This document shows positions 49,829-61,610 of a stretch of 64,000 bases of DNA, piece after piece. A program made the position numbers and the translations under genes. The notes beneath the pieces were generated by a model. The model did no database searches and was not told where the DNA came from. It worked only from the letters and a program-made list of their open reading frames with translations. This stretch comes from Oikopleura dioica (taxonomy: Eukaryota > Animalia > Chordata): NCBI GenBank assembly GCA_907165135.1, contig OU015568.1, forward strand, positions 620,001 through 684,000, read 5' to 3'. Within the stretch, counting starts at the first letter, position 1; each line of letters begins with the position of its first letter.

Positions 49829-51162
49829 TCACTCGCAGTATTCCCATCGAACATTTGGATCAGTCGTGTAGCACCATGAGCGCTCGTCCCGGTTGAGATT
49901 GAGACAATAATTGGTAAAATAAATCGGTCGAACATATTGATTGAGAATTTCCGCGCGCAATACTCTATCATTGCGGCTCGACCATCGTTGACATGTCCTA
50001 CCAGAGAGAGTCACATTTGGTCTCTTGGAAATATAGGGGGAAGTCGGGACATCGCATGGCTCCCAAGTTTCAAATCTTCCCAAATATTTACGGTCGGTAT
50101 AGCACCAAGCACCCTCGTCTCTGCCGTCAGGATTTCGACAGTAATTTGTCTACAGTAGGTATGGTCACTTCCACACATTACCAAAGAGAGGGGTTATCAT
50201 TCGAGCCTATGATTCGAGCCATCCAAGATCTCTAGAATCTGAGCAAGTGGTTAGGGTTAGGGATTGGGAACTCTTAAGGGGGTCCGGGGGCGAAGCCCCT
50301 TGTAAAGCCCCTCCTGGGGTCCCGGGGGCCTAGCCCCTGGGTTAGGTTTAGGGTTAGGGAAGCTCGAATGATAACCCCTACTACCAACTTTACTATGACA
50401 ATTGAATTGGTTCGATGCTTATCAAAAAAATAAGCGTTTTTTGGAGGTTGGAATTGACCATACCTACAGTAAAAGGTTTTCTCCCCATATAAGGCAATAA
50501 AGTTGTCTTCGAACTTCCAATGATGAGCAGCGTCAACATCGACCCAATTTCTGCACCGATTACCGGAAACGCTTACTGCTACTTGTTAGGACAGTGATAT
50601 TTATAAGGATAAAAAATTGCGCATAAAAATATATCAAAACAATTTTCCTGATTTTGCGCCAACGTATTCCGTTTGAATTCCGCGCCCAGATGCACACTCG
50701 CAGATAGGAAGTTCTGTCGTTGTTGGGTGGTGTGATGAAACGCAAGGACAATCCGGGATATCACAGTACTCCCAAGGCACATTCGGGTCGGTTGTGTAAC
50801 ACCACGCCCCGCCATCACGGCCATTCGGGTTACGGCAATAGTTTCGCCATAGGTCGTCCTCTCCATAAAGTCTGACTATGTACTTATGGTAATAATGAGC
50901 ATGTGGCTCATTTGACCGCCACTGTTGGCATTTTCTTCCCGATCGAGTTGCTTAAGAAAAATTAACGATTAAATTTGTTTCTACCACAGAAAATAAGTGT
51001 AAAATTCCAAAAATCCTTACTTGATATGGTCCCAGCGTAACTCATATGCTTGGCAACATCGTCTCCCGTCGGAATCGCACACTTATCCAAATCTACGCAT
51101 CCTTGAGGTGTTTCCGCTTGAAAAAGGACGGGAAAAATCATAAAAAAATGAAAAATCAACAT
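49829..51162 (-). CDS. Secreted kringle-only protein B (three kringles, no protease domain)
   Basis: Signal MLIFHFFMIFPVLFQA; NYCRNPNGRDGGAWCYTTDPNVPWEYC, YCRNPDGRDEGAWCY and NYCLNLNRDERSWCYTTDPNVRWEYCE*. Confidence 0.85.
50158..50464. mobile_element. Introner-like TIR element forming an intron of kringle gene B
   Basis: 10-bp perfect TIR GGTATGGTCA; 7-bp TSD TACAGTA at 50151-50157 and 50465-50471. Confidence 0.75.
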
Positions 51163-51383
51163 GTTGATTTTTTCCGAAATGAAATCTGGATTTTCATTTT
51201 TGGAAGCTACAGCTTTGTTTATTGAGAATCTACTAGATAAACAAATATTTTAATCTCAAAAACAGCTTGACCTTTCTCGAGCTCAGGGTTCAAATTTGGT
51301 ACACCGTTCTTGGGCTTCATCACGTACCAGACGTTTTTTTTTTTGAAAATTTATTGAATCAGTTTCGCAAAAATTCAAATCAA

Positions 51384-52383
51384 TCAGAATTCTGGGAGGT
51401 CACAGTATTCCCATCGAACATCAGGATCGGTTGTGTAGCACCAAGCACCGCCAGGCTCATTGTCAGGATTTCGGCAGAAATAAGTGTCGTAAGTAGACTT
51501 TCCATAAAATTGAATAATCATGTCTCCTCGGTTGTGATCGTGTGGAGACTGGCTCGACCATTTTTGGCAATCTTTTCCGGAGCGGGTTACTTTTTCGTGT
51601 TAAGACAAGTCCCTTTTTTCAAGGAAAATAAATTTTGTCTGAGCATTCGTTTCCTGATTTTGTGCCGACGTATTCTTTCTGAACACAGAATTACCAAGTC
51701 CCGTCAGATTCTTCTGAGAAGCACCAAGCTCGTGGTTCACCATCAGTGTTTCGGCAGTAGTTAGTTCCATCGAAGCCATCTGGCATGTCAACCCAAACGT
51801 CGCATTTTTTGCCCGATTCTGTTACTCATGGAGGATTTTTTAAAAGAGAAAATCCGCGAAAATCCGCGAAAATTTTTCAGAGAAAAATTTTTTTCAAAAA
51901 TCCGTTCCGGAAATTTTTCCTTCATAATTTGCCTGATTTCCGCTGTAGAAAGAAACGCAGTCGCAAGCCGGTATATCACAGTACTCCCAACGCTTATTCG
52001 AGTCGGTCGTGTAGCACCAAGCACCGTCCTCCATATTGTCAGGATTGCGACAATAGTTGGTGTCGAGATCTTGTTCTCCATAGCTTTCGACGAACATTTC
52101 ATTCATGCTGTGTTGATGAGGATATTGAGCCGACCACTTTTGGCATGTTCTTCCCGATCGAGTCGCTTAATAAAAAGTAAGCGTTGGAATTCTAGACCCT
52201 CGAATCGTAACCCTAACCCTAACCCTAGCACATCCAGTCCTTACTTGAAATGGTTCCAGTATAGGTCTTATGCTTGACAACATCTTCCCCCGTCGAATAC
52301 GCGCACTTGTCCAAATTCTCACATGGCGGAGCCGGCGGGTCCCCGAAAATACCGGTGAAGGTAGTCAAAAAGTAAAAAATCAT
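51384..52383 (-). CDS. Secreted kringle-only protein A (three kringles; in-frame TAA at 51691-51693 in kringle 2)
   Basis: Signal MIFYFLTTFTGIFG; NYCRNPDNMEDGAWCYTTDSNKRWEYCDIPAC, NYCRNTDGEPRAWC...W*FC and FCRNPDNEPGGAWCYTTDPDVRWEYCD. Confidence 0.8.
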
Positions 52384-53820
52384 CGCAATGACTTTTTTCT
52401 TAATGACGGATGTTACCGTATTTTCAGCAATAGCCGGCTTGCTGTTTATACAGGAACCACCCAACAAATATGAGTTATTGAAGAGATTGTGCTTTTTTAA
52501 TTGAAAACAAAGGCAATTTTTGATGAGTTTGTATATTCTTGGCAAACGAGGGGCGTTCCAAGTTTAATCTCTTAGGAGGTCAAGAAATTGGAAGGTCAAA
52601 AAATACGGCCACCGGGGACTCCCAGTACAAATTGGTACTGCCAGTACCAATTTTGGCAAGGCAAAATTTTATTCAGCCAGTATAATTAATTAAAAAATTA
52701 TTCTAATAAATAATTAAAAATAAGATTAATAATTAAAAATTATTTATAATAGAAATAATTATAAATTTAAAATTTTATTATTTCAAAATAATTTAAAAAT
52801 TATTTTAAAATGCATTAAGGGAACCCCGATCAATATTTTCTTGTAATAAATAATGCAACTAGACGTAATTTGCAGGAAATCGGCCACATCAGTGTTCACC
52901 AGAATGAGCCGCCATGTTTTATACACGTGTTTAAGGTCGGGTTTTTGGAGCCACAAGACATTTTTTTTCTGTGACTCGCAGTCGGCACATTTATTTTTGT
53001 TTTACGTAAGGCCTCTGTTGCTTCGGTAGATTCATGTTGAAAAGATGGTGGGTTGTTAGAAAGGTGAGAGAAAGGCTTTATTTATAGTTTTTAGTTGTGG
53101 CAAAGCTGGGTGTGGATAATTATGATTAATAAATTTGATGTGTTAATTCAATGTGAAATGTGTGTAGATACGATTTATTCTCACCTGCGAGGAACATGAT
53201 TGGCCAATTAAACACTTTCTAGAGGTCGCCTTTCCGAATGATAACATTTCATATAAGACGAGTTTTAGGTAGTGGTATGAAATGCTGACTCATGTTCTGA
53301 AATACCTTTGATAAAAAGCCGCGAAGCGGCTTTTACAGAAATAGAGCCGCAAAGCGGCTTCGCCAGAATTCAAACGAAAATGGCGAAAATGGCGAAGCCG
53401 CTATGCGGCTTCGTTCTCGTAAAAGCCACAACGCTTTTTAATCAAAGATATTTCAGATCTTGACTGAGGTTTTTTAGATCAAGGAGGGAGATAAATTGTT
53501 GGAGGGATGAATTGTTGAATTCTTGGGGCACAATTTTCAGATGTCAAATCGCCCCAATTTGTCGAAGTAATTGACACAAATCTGAAAATTAAACACATGT
53601 TGTTCTGAATCCTACCAGGGTTCATCAAAGGAAGAAAAACTATTTTCAAATTTTCGAATTCAGGGAAAATGAAATTGGCACTCTGTATCGTTATGGTTTT
53701 TGCGGGTGCTCGCGGCTAACACTCAAGAATGTCCCAAGTATTCCTACTGGATCAGCCATTTTTTCTCCTGGAATAGATACCAGTTTTATCAATTAAAGGG
53801 CCAGAATTTTTCATCCTTAA

Positions 53821-54075
53821 GGACCCCCGTGAAGATCATTTTTTCAGAATTAAGGGTACCCTCAAAAAATTTTGGTTTTACCGTATACCTTAGCTAAAAA
53901 CCGAAAAAAGCTCGCTCCTTGCGACCTAACCTTTAACGGCCTGTATATCCTTAAGTTTGATGTCAAGAGATCATCATAATAGAAACGGTTGAAGTCGAGG
54001 CTTTGATCTAAAAGTTTCTTGCTGAAATTAAGGGTGTATCTAAGATACAGGGTGGGGGCCCCCACTGGCGGGTCC
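53821..54075. mobile_element. MITE with TTAA TSD and GGACCC termini
   Basis: TTAA|GGACCC ... GGGTCC|TTAA; short TIR. Confidence 0.5.
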
Positions 54076-54769
54076 TTAAGAAATATAAAAGAGATTCCTC
54101 TTATTTATGCTGATATAGAAGAAATTATCGACCTGCGTCTCCTTAAATTTCATCAGAGCATTATTTTTTGATAGATGAGCTGGACGGATATCACGTGATT
54201 GAGAATAGAAGTAAAGTTGGTTTAATCGAGATAAGAAGAAGCGCGTCTCATGTTTATTTCTCAGCCCGATTTGATGTCAAGAGAAAGTCGACTCGAGCGT
54301 CCATTAGTTTTAATGAACTTGATCTGGTGTTTCTACTTGAGAGAATTCAACAGTGTTCCTCTCCTTCAGATTCAGCAGGTGTCTGACTTAGCTTCCGGAG
54401 CAGTTCCAGATTGTGAAATTTCGAATTTCGGATTTCATTTTAACGTTCATTTAAAATACCGAAAACCATTTTTTGTTGAGCAAATTGAAAGTTTTTACTG
54501 AGCTAATAACAGGACAACTGATTGAGGATGAGCCTGGGATCAGCTCGAATTCTTGCGTCGATTTACAAATTCTTGAACAAGCGAATGTGTGAAAATCTGA
54601 AAAAACGTGGCCAAGTCTGATCACATGCTGCGAACCACAAGCCGCCTCAGCCACGTGGAGTGCACCCTTTGAAATTCGCTCTTGTACTACAATGTTGTTT
54701 TCCGAACGTTTTTCTCGCAAATATTTATTGTTCAAGAATGGTCTGAGCATAAGTTCAATTCTGAAAACC

Positions 54770-54945
54770 TGTGTCAGGGTCTGAAAGATTTTAAATATAA
54801 AGCCGCGAAGCGGCTTTTGTAAAAATGAAGCCGAATCGATTTTCGAATTCTCGTGAAGCCGCTTTGCGGCTTCGTTTAAAAAAAAAAGCCGCTACGCGGC
54901 TTTTCATAAAAGATCTTTCAGTCCCTGACTCAGGTTTTAACTCAG
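54770..54945. mobile_element. Copy of the CCTGAGTCAGG / AAGCCGC family
   Basis: AAAACCTGTGTCAGGG, three AAGCCGC-N3-GCGGCTT palindromes, then CCCTGACTCAGGTTTT. Confidence 0.7.
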
Positions 54946-56436
54946 GTAGCCGAACAAAGCTCGAAAGCCGCAAGCGGCTTCTCAATTTTCAAAATTGAAC
55001 TTCGGCTCAGACAGTTTTTCATGAATAAAAACTTCTTTAGCCAAGATAAAATCAGGTAATCTTTTTAAACCTGCAACAGAACAAAACTTGTAAAGGGTGC
55101 TGAAATGTTGTAAATTCGCACATTCGAGTTGTTGACTCCAAAAGCAACTGAAAGTCTCTTTAAAAACGAGCGACTTAAATATTGCAATCACAAACATCGT
55201 GGAAGATTTAGTGGTTTCTATGAATTGCAATTGATTGTTTTGTTGATTGGGATATTATCGCACTGTTGATGGTGCTTAATCAATCCGCATTGTTTCAAAA
55301 CGGGGCTAAAATGGAAGGAATTCGCTCAAGTGAATTTTTAGATGATAGCCGTTACGTTATTTTCAATAAATTTTCATTTCATTAGCGCGCGAAAAATGCA
55401 CCCGCCATAATCATGATTTTCGCGCGGCTTTTGTTTGACCATTCTTTTGGTCGACCTTGTCAGCCCAAGATTGAACCCAGGCTTGAGCTTCACGCGCGGC
55501 AAATTGAGATGAACAAGGTTGGAAAAAGTCCGGAAGTTGGCATCGAATTGAAGAGAGGAAAATGAGGTCACATGAGTTTTTCGTCAATTTAGATAATGAA
55601 TGAAAACCTGAGTCAGGGTCCAAAAAGGCTTTCCGGAAGAGCCGCATAGCGGCTTTTTCTGAAGCAAAGCCGCAAAGCTGCTTCGGAAAAATGACTTTTT
55701 TTACGAAAACTTCTTCAAATCTTGTTTTTCTCATCGATTTCTGACCCAAAAATGAAATCTTCTCTTGAAAACAGTCTTACAGAAAAACAACTCCAGAACA
55801 GAAGCGCTAGTCCAAAGCGCCTAAACACCAGTAATTGGTGTCTTTATGTCCAGTCTCCAACTCGTAATCACCTTGGAATCACCATCTTCATTTCTGAAAA
55901 ATCATATGCGAAAAGGCAAGAAATCTGCATTATGAGAAAGTTTTTGAAGGAGAAAAATGGTCTTGACGACAACTAAATTGTCAGTTATTTTGTTGTTTAT
56001 TGGCTTTCAGAGAAGATACAGTAATTTGACAGTTGATGTCTAAATGATCAACGATAAGTACGATAAGCATCGTAATCGATAGTTGCCAGTAGTACGATCC
56101 GGTTTAGCGTCATTTTTCGTTTGAAGTCTGTTATGGGAGAAAGTGTGGCAATTAAAAGACACTTGATTTATCGGGGCGAGTTACGTCGGGCGAGAGTTTG
56201 GGTGAGTGACGCTGCGGTACAAAATAGAGCCACAAAGAAGCGCTTCCAGAATGCGTCGGACAGCTTGTTCTGCATTTTCGCCAAGAAATCATAAATGGCT
56301 GACTTGTCAAATACTATATAAGTTTTTTTTTTGTTATTGAAAATGAACTACCAAAATTATCATAACTGCACTTAGGGCTTGCGAATTCTGGCCTTGCAAA
56401 TACACGGTTTTTGGTGGAAACCCTGAAAACAATTTG

Positions 56437-57058
56437 CGCTATTTACTGAAACTGCTTCTCGCGGATTTGACCGAAGAAGAGAGGGTTCTTAGAAAATGCG
56501 TAAAAATTACTACACTAGAGTTTATGGTAAGCAGCTTTTTGCGGAACAGATTTTTAATTGATAGTTTGGCGAAATCAAAATTTGTGTTTCGGGTTCAAAA
56601 GTCCAGTAACTTTACTCTAGAAATAACGTCAGGATACGGTTATTTTCTTGATAAGGAAATAAATTATAATTAAGTTCTTTCCCTTTGTGTTCCAGGGGAT
56701 TATACTATTACAGTCAGGGCTTGAAATTACACGAATTTAAGAGAAAATCCCAGAAAAAAAAATCAGTGGAATGGCAAGCCCTGACTGTAATAATAAAAGT
56801 CCCTGGACAACAAAGGGAAAGAACAAAATTACAATTTTTGTCCTTGACATGAAAATAACCGGATCCTGACGTAACTTCTAGAGTAAAAGTTACTGGACTT
56901 TTGAACCCAAAACACAAATTTTGATTTCGCCAAACTATCAATTAAAAATCTGTTCCGCTAAGACTTGCGTACCCAAAACTTTAGAGTAGTAATTTTAACG
57001 CATTTTCGAAGACCCCTCTCAAAAAATCCGCGAGAAAAAAAAGCAGTTTCACGAGGCG
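56437..57058. mobile_element. Diverged foldback element, about 285-bp arms
   Basis: ...TTACAGTCAGGGCTTG / CAAGCCCTGACTGTAA... flank an approximately 50-nt centre; the arms align with mismatches out to about 56437 and 57058. Confidence 0.85.
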
Positions 57059-60000
57059 TCGACTTGTTTGAAAAATGCGGCGTGTTATGTTAGGGCTGGA
57101 CCTAATTATTTCTTTAGCCGTTTTTTCTAACTTGCTTCCGAATTCCAACAAACGTTTTTTCTATTCACTCGTGGCCGTGTCGAGTATTTTTCAAAGGCAT
57201 TAACGTGCGCTTTCAAAGAACCCTGCTCCCTGTTATGCAATAATAACAAGCGAGGATCGAGCAAGCTATTTTCAGAACCGGGCCCGTTATAAATATAAAA
57301 CTCGGAATGCGATGTTTGATCGTGAACCTTTTTTATTTATTGAGAGCAATTCAATTTGTCGTCAATCTCAGTCCACGATTTTCAACAAAATTCTTGCTTG
57401 AATATTTTTTTACATGGTGATATCGATTTTATGGTAATAACGAGGTGATAAATTCGTCGATATCTATTTTTAAGCTTTATATAAACTAGACATAACATTA
57501 TATAAACTTACATAATCTTATATAAATCTTGATTTCACTTGATTCAATTTTTTTCTTGATGATGTAAGCTACGATATTGAACGGCATCATCTATGAATAA
57601 AAAAAAATATTCTTTTGGTGTAGAAATCTATTCCCTTCTATCCATCAAATTTAAGCATATCGACCTGATTATTGTAAATTTGTTTTGGGAGCTGCAACGA
57701 ACCGAAAAAAGACAAATTTTGAGTGGAAATTTTCAACGAATCAGAAGCATAGATTCGGCTAACCGGCCAATCAGCAGCCAAGTAGCCACTCACGCAAAAT
57801 TTTTCGAGATTTTTTTTCGATTTTTGACACCACCCCATTTGATTTTGATGTCTTAGGGTATCCCTTTAGGGTAAGCTAATCCTAACCTAGGTATACGCTA
57901 ATATGGTCATCTTCGAGTCATATTCCGTTAAATAGAGATCCGTTTTTTTTTTAATATAAAACTTCCAATCAGAAGATTTGATCTTTGCGATATGACATCG
58001 TGAATAGTCTGTTGAGCTAAATTCAGCGATATCTTTTTGGATAGAAAGGCTTAAACTGATAAGCACGAAATCGAGTCAATCTGTCTTCGGAAAACGTAGC
58101 AAAAGTCTTTAAATTCCGCGACCTTGACCCGTGTTATCAAGCAGTTACGATAGCCAGAGCCACATTTTACTGCACATTGTTTCGGCATGTTTTAGAAATA
58201 TATATGCCCTTCCTCTTATAGAGCTCTTTTTATATAGAAAAAGAAAGAAGGAGATTTATGTCCAATGTCAGAAGAATCGTAAATGAGTCGGAGACGGCCG
58301 CAAACTTATGTCAAGTCTTGATTAGCCATCCAAGTTCACCGCAGAATCAAGTGCTTCCGCGAGGACGTACGCTGTCCCGCCTTCCCTGTTTCGAAGTTTC
58401 GAGGTTTCTAAGCCTCTCTTTCAAATTTCGACAAAGCCCCTTGTGTATATGATGATATTTTGAGAGGCTTGGAAGGATTCCGTTGTCGATCCACCTCGCG
58501 TGTTTTTGATAAGGAAGAGAATACTTTACCTAGTAGCGCAGACGCGCATTTTTGGGTCATCGCGATCTGTTCTGGCGAGCAGAAGCCCTTATCTTTTTAG
58601 ATTTAAAAGAAAGAAGGGAAATAATTGGAAAAAAATTGTTGCTGACTAATTTTCGACTCAAATCGAGAAGCCGCTTGCGGCTAAGAGCAAAACATGAGAC
58701 AAAAGCCGCGCTTCGCGTGGGTAAATACTTATCTTACTCGAACCAGCAAGCGCCTTCTCGATTTGAGTCGAAAAAAAGTCAGTAAAAAAAACAAAGTCTT
58801 AGTATTTATTTTTGTCTTCAAAGAATCTTCAAGAAGTTGTTCCAGGTCATCATTAATTTCATCCCCAATTGACGTCAGAGGTCGAGCTGGCTCCTCAAAG
58901 GTGACGATCAGAATTTGCTCGTGACATTGTTGATCTTTCCTCCGTCTCGAACTGATCCTCGGCGAGAATCGTCAAATCGCGACTTTCGCTAAATAAATCA
59001 TGTCACGGCGCCGACCACCTAGTCACTGGTCCCAGAAACGAATTGAACGTGTTCAATTTCAACTCTTTCCAATAATTCGATCGCTCTGATTTGAACCCTG
59101 ATTTTCGCTGGTTTTCTTCCAAAACGACTTGTTGTCGGTGGCTTTGATGAAAGTTTTATCTGCAAATTAGGTGACATGAATTTTCCGCTGTAACTTATAC
59201 CGTTTCTTTTTTTTTCAAAATTCAGTGATTGAATTTTGCGGCGTAATTTTCACCACTGTAGGTTTCAGTTCACACTTTCAGGGGGTGAAAATTGAGGCCG
59301 CCACTGTATTCACCATGAGTTACCGTATGAATGCAAAACGTCAAATCCAAAATACAGTCGACCGACACTGGAAAAAATGCCGAATGTCGCTGAATGTCGC
59401 CGAATGTCGCCACTCATTTTTTAAAACAGAATTTTGGAGAACAAAAGTAGTTTGTTTTCAAAATTTTGGCTCAAAAAACAATTCTCTTTCAAAATGCCTG
59501 TATTCCCAAAAAAAGTAGCGACATTCGTCGACATTCGGCGATTTTTGGCGACTTTCTTGGGGCGCCCAATACTGTCGATTTCGAAAGGCCAGATTCTGTC
59601 AGAAGTTTCGTTTCAAAGAATGTGACAGTGAATTACACGCTTAGGGTTTTATAAGCAACGTTTCTTCTCAAGAGAAAATCACTGAAATTCGCGGTTATAT
59701 TTGTACACACTGTGTGCAGTGTCTTTCTTTTACGGTAGTGCGAATCTTGACCACCACAGGATAATTCAAACACTCTTGAGCGTGATATACTGTATGTTTT
59801 AACCCTCAACGCTAGGATCATTTTTACTGAAGCAGCCTTACCGAGTTGCCTGAGCTCAACAACCTGTGTGGAAAACCTGAGTCAGGGTCGTAAAGAACTT
59901 TAATAAAAAGCCACTAGAATGTGCCAAAAAATAGCAATTTCAAATCAATTTTTGCATTTGAATTAAAAAATTTTTTTTTACCTCAGGTCATGGGCTTTTT

Positions 60001-60929
60001 TGTCCCAAAAATAGTAATTATTAGTAAAAAATCTTTTTTTTTTTGCAAAAAATTTAAAATTTTTGCTTCGGAGCTGTTACAAATTTTTCCTTTAGTAACG
60101 TAGATGAATATGCACCCACGTTGAACTGCTGTTAGATTTAACGGTATATCAGGAGACCTGTAAACACGAAAATAAACTGTTTCCTCTCAAGTTCAGTGAT
60201 TGAAAATCGCGGTATAATTTGTACAGAAGTGGTTTCAATTCGCACTTCTCGTGGCGCCATCGGAAACCACCACTGTCAAGTGTAATGAAAATACATGTCC
60301 AGCGAAAATTATACGCTGTTTGGTCATTTATTGAAAATGACAGTGAAACACGAAGAAATCTGCTTTCATAATGTTTTAAAAGCTCGGCTAAGGATGTAAT
60401 TATGCAGCGGTAAGGTCTATAAACGGAGCTCTGCACGTTGGCGGTTGTTATTGACGAGCTTGTTTACAAACAACAGCTTTTAACCGAGACAATCAGGTAC
60501 CATTGTCGAAAATTGACAGACAAACAATATTATGGTCGTTTCTCAGAATAAAGATTTTGCAAAAATTTTCTTCTATGTAATGAATAAATTTTTGATAAAA
60601 AATTCAGAAAAGTATAGTTTTCTTTCTTACTAGGGGGTTATTAATGAAGATACCCCTATCCCTTACCCCTAACTTGGGGACTACACCCCCAGGACCCCCA
60701 ATATCTTGGGGTTTTGACGTGGAGGTATCAGGAACGAACAAAAAAATCTCGACAAATTTTGCGTGGAAAATTTTCAACCAATCAGAAGCCTGGATTCGGC
60801 TGACCGGACATTCAGCAGCCGAGTCGCCGCCCACGCAAAATTTGTCGAAATTTTTTGTATGTTCCTGACGCCAACCCTTTTCGCCTCTGGAAAAGTAGCG
60901 AAATCTGGAGCCTAAGCTACTGAGTAGCA

Positions 60930-61610
60930 ACGGCACACCCTTAATTAAATAGACACATTCGACAGAATTAAACCTTGACAAACAGTTTGTTATTTCAATA
61001 CTGGAATAATCAGTGCTCCTTTGAACATCAATTATTAATAATTGAATCCGTCGTGGACTCAGCTCCTCAAGCATATTACCCTGATAATAGAGTACGCGTT
61101 CTATTACACGCACAATGCATTGTAATTCATTTAATTTATTGAGTGAGTTTACATCAAAAAGTTGTCTTCGTGGCTACTCGTTGAACGACGCGGTTTTCGG
61201 TGGAGGCGTTTCATTCGTCCAAATAATTTCAAAGCGATTGTGAAATATGTTACGACTGCTCCATTCTTGGAGCATCTCACAAGTCGAAAACTAAGAAGGA
61301 TTAGTTGTGACATTGATCGGATTGGATTACTTAATCACTCCAACGTAACTTTTTTTTCCACGATTGTTGACTCAACAATGTATCAATTACTAGATGAAGC
61401 TGTCAATAGTTAGCTCCTTCAAGCAATGTTCAAAAAGGAGACAAATAGGTCAACTTCGTTAACTCAGCTTTTCGGTTATTACATGTATTCGGTCGACAAA
61501 GCCTTCTGTGACCTTTTATAACAATGGTAAATTCCTTGTTATTTTTTTGCATCAGATCACATTTATTGGTCACATCACGAATCAGAACGATTTTGAAAAT
61601 TTTGGTTATC
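60930..61610 (-). pseudogene. Decayed reading frame with multiple in-frame stops
   Basis: A protein-like frame (LKELTIDSF...EMLQEWSSRNIFHNRFEIIWTNE...VIERVLYYQG) persists through about six stop codons. Confidence 0.3.

Noticed and set aside
49829-52383. Plasminogen, HGF or apolipoprotein(a) ortholog
   Set aside because: No PAN or trypsin domain is present and each gene has its own signal peptide.
54168-55976. Short hypothetical ORFs between repeat copies
   Set aside because: No motifs and conflicting strand assignments.
58345-59200. Multi-exon minus-strand gene
   Set aside because: Coding-like fragments exist but I could not build a phase-consistent model.
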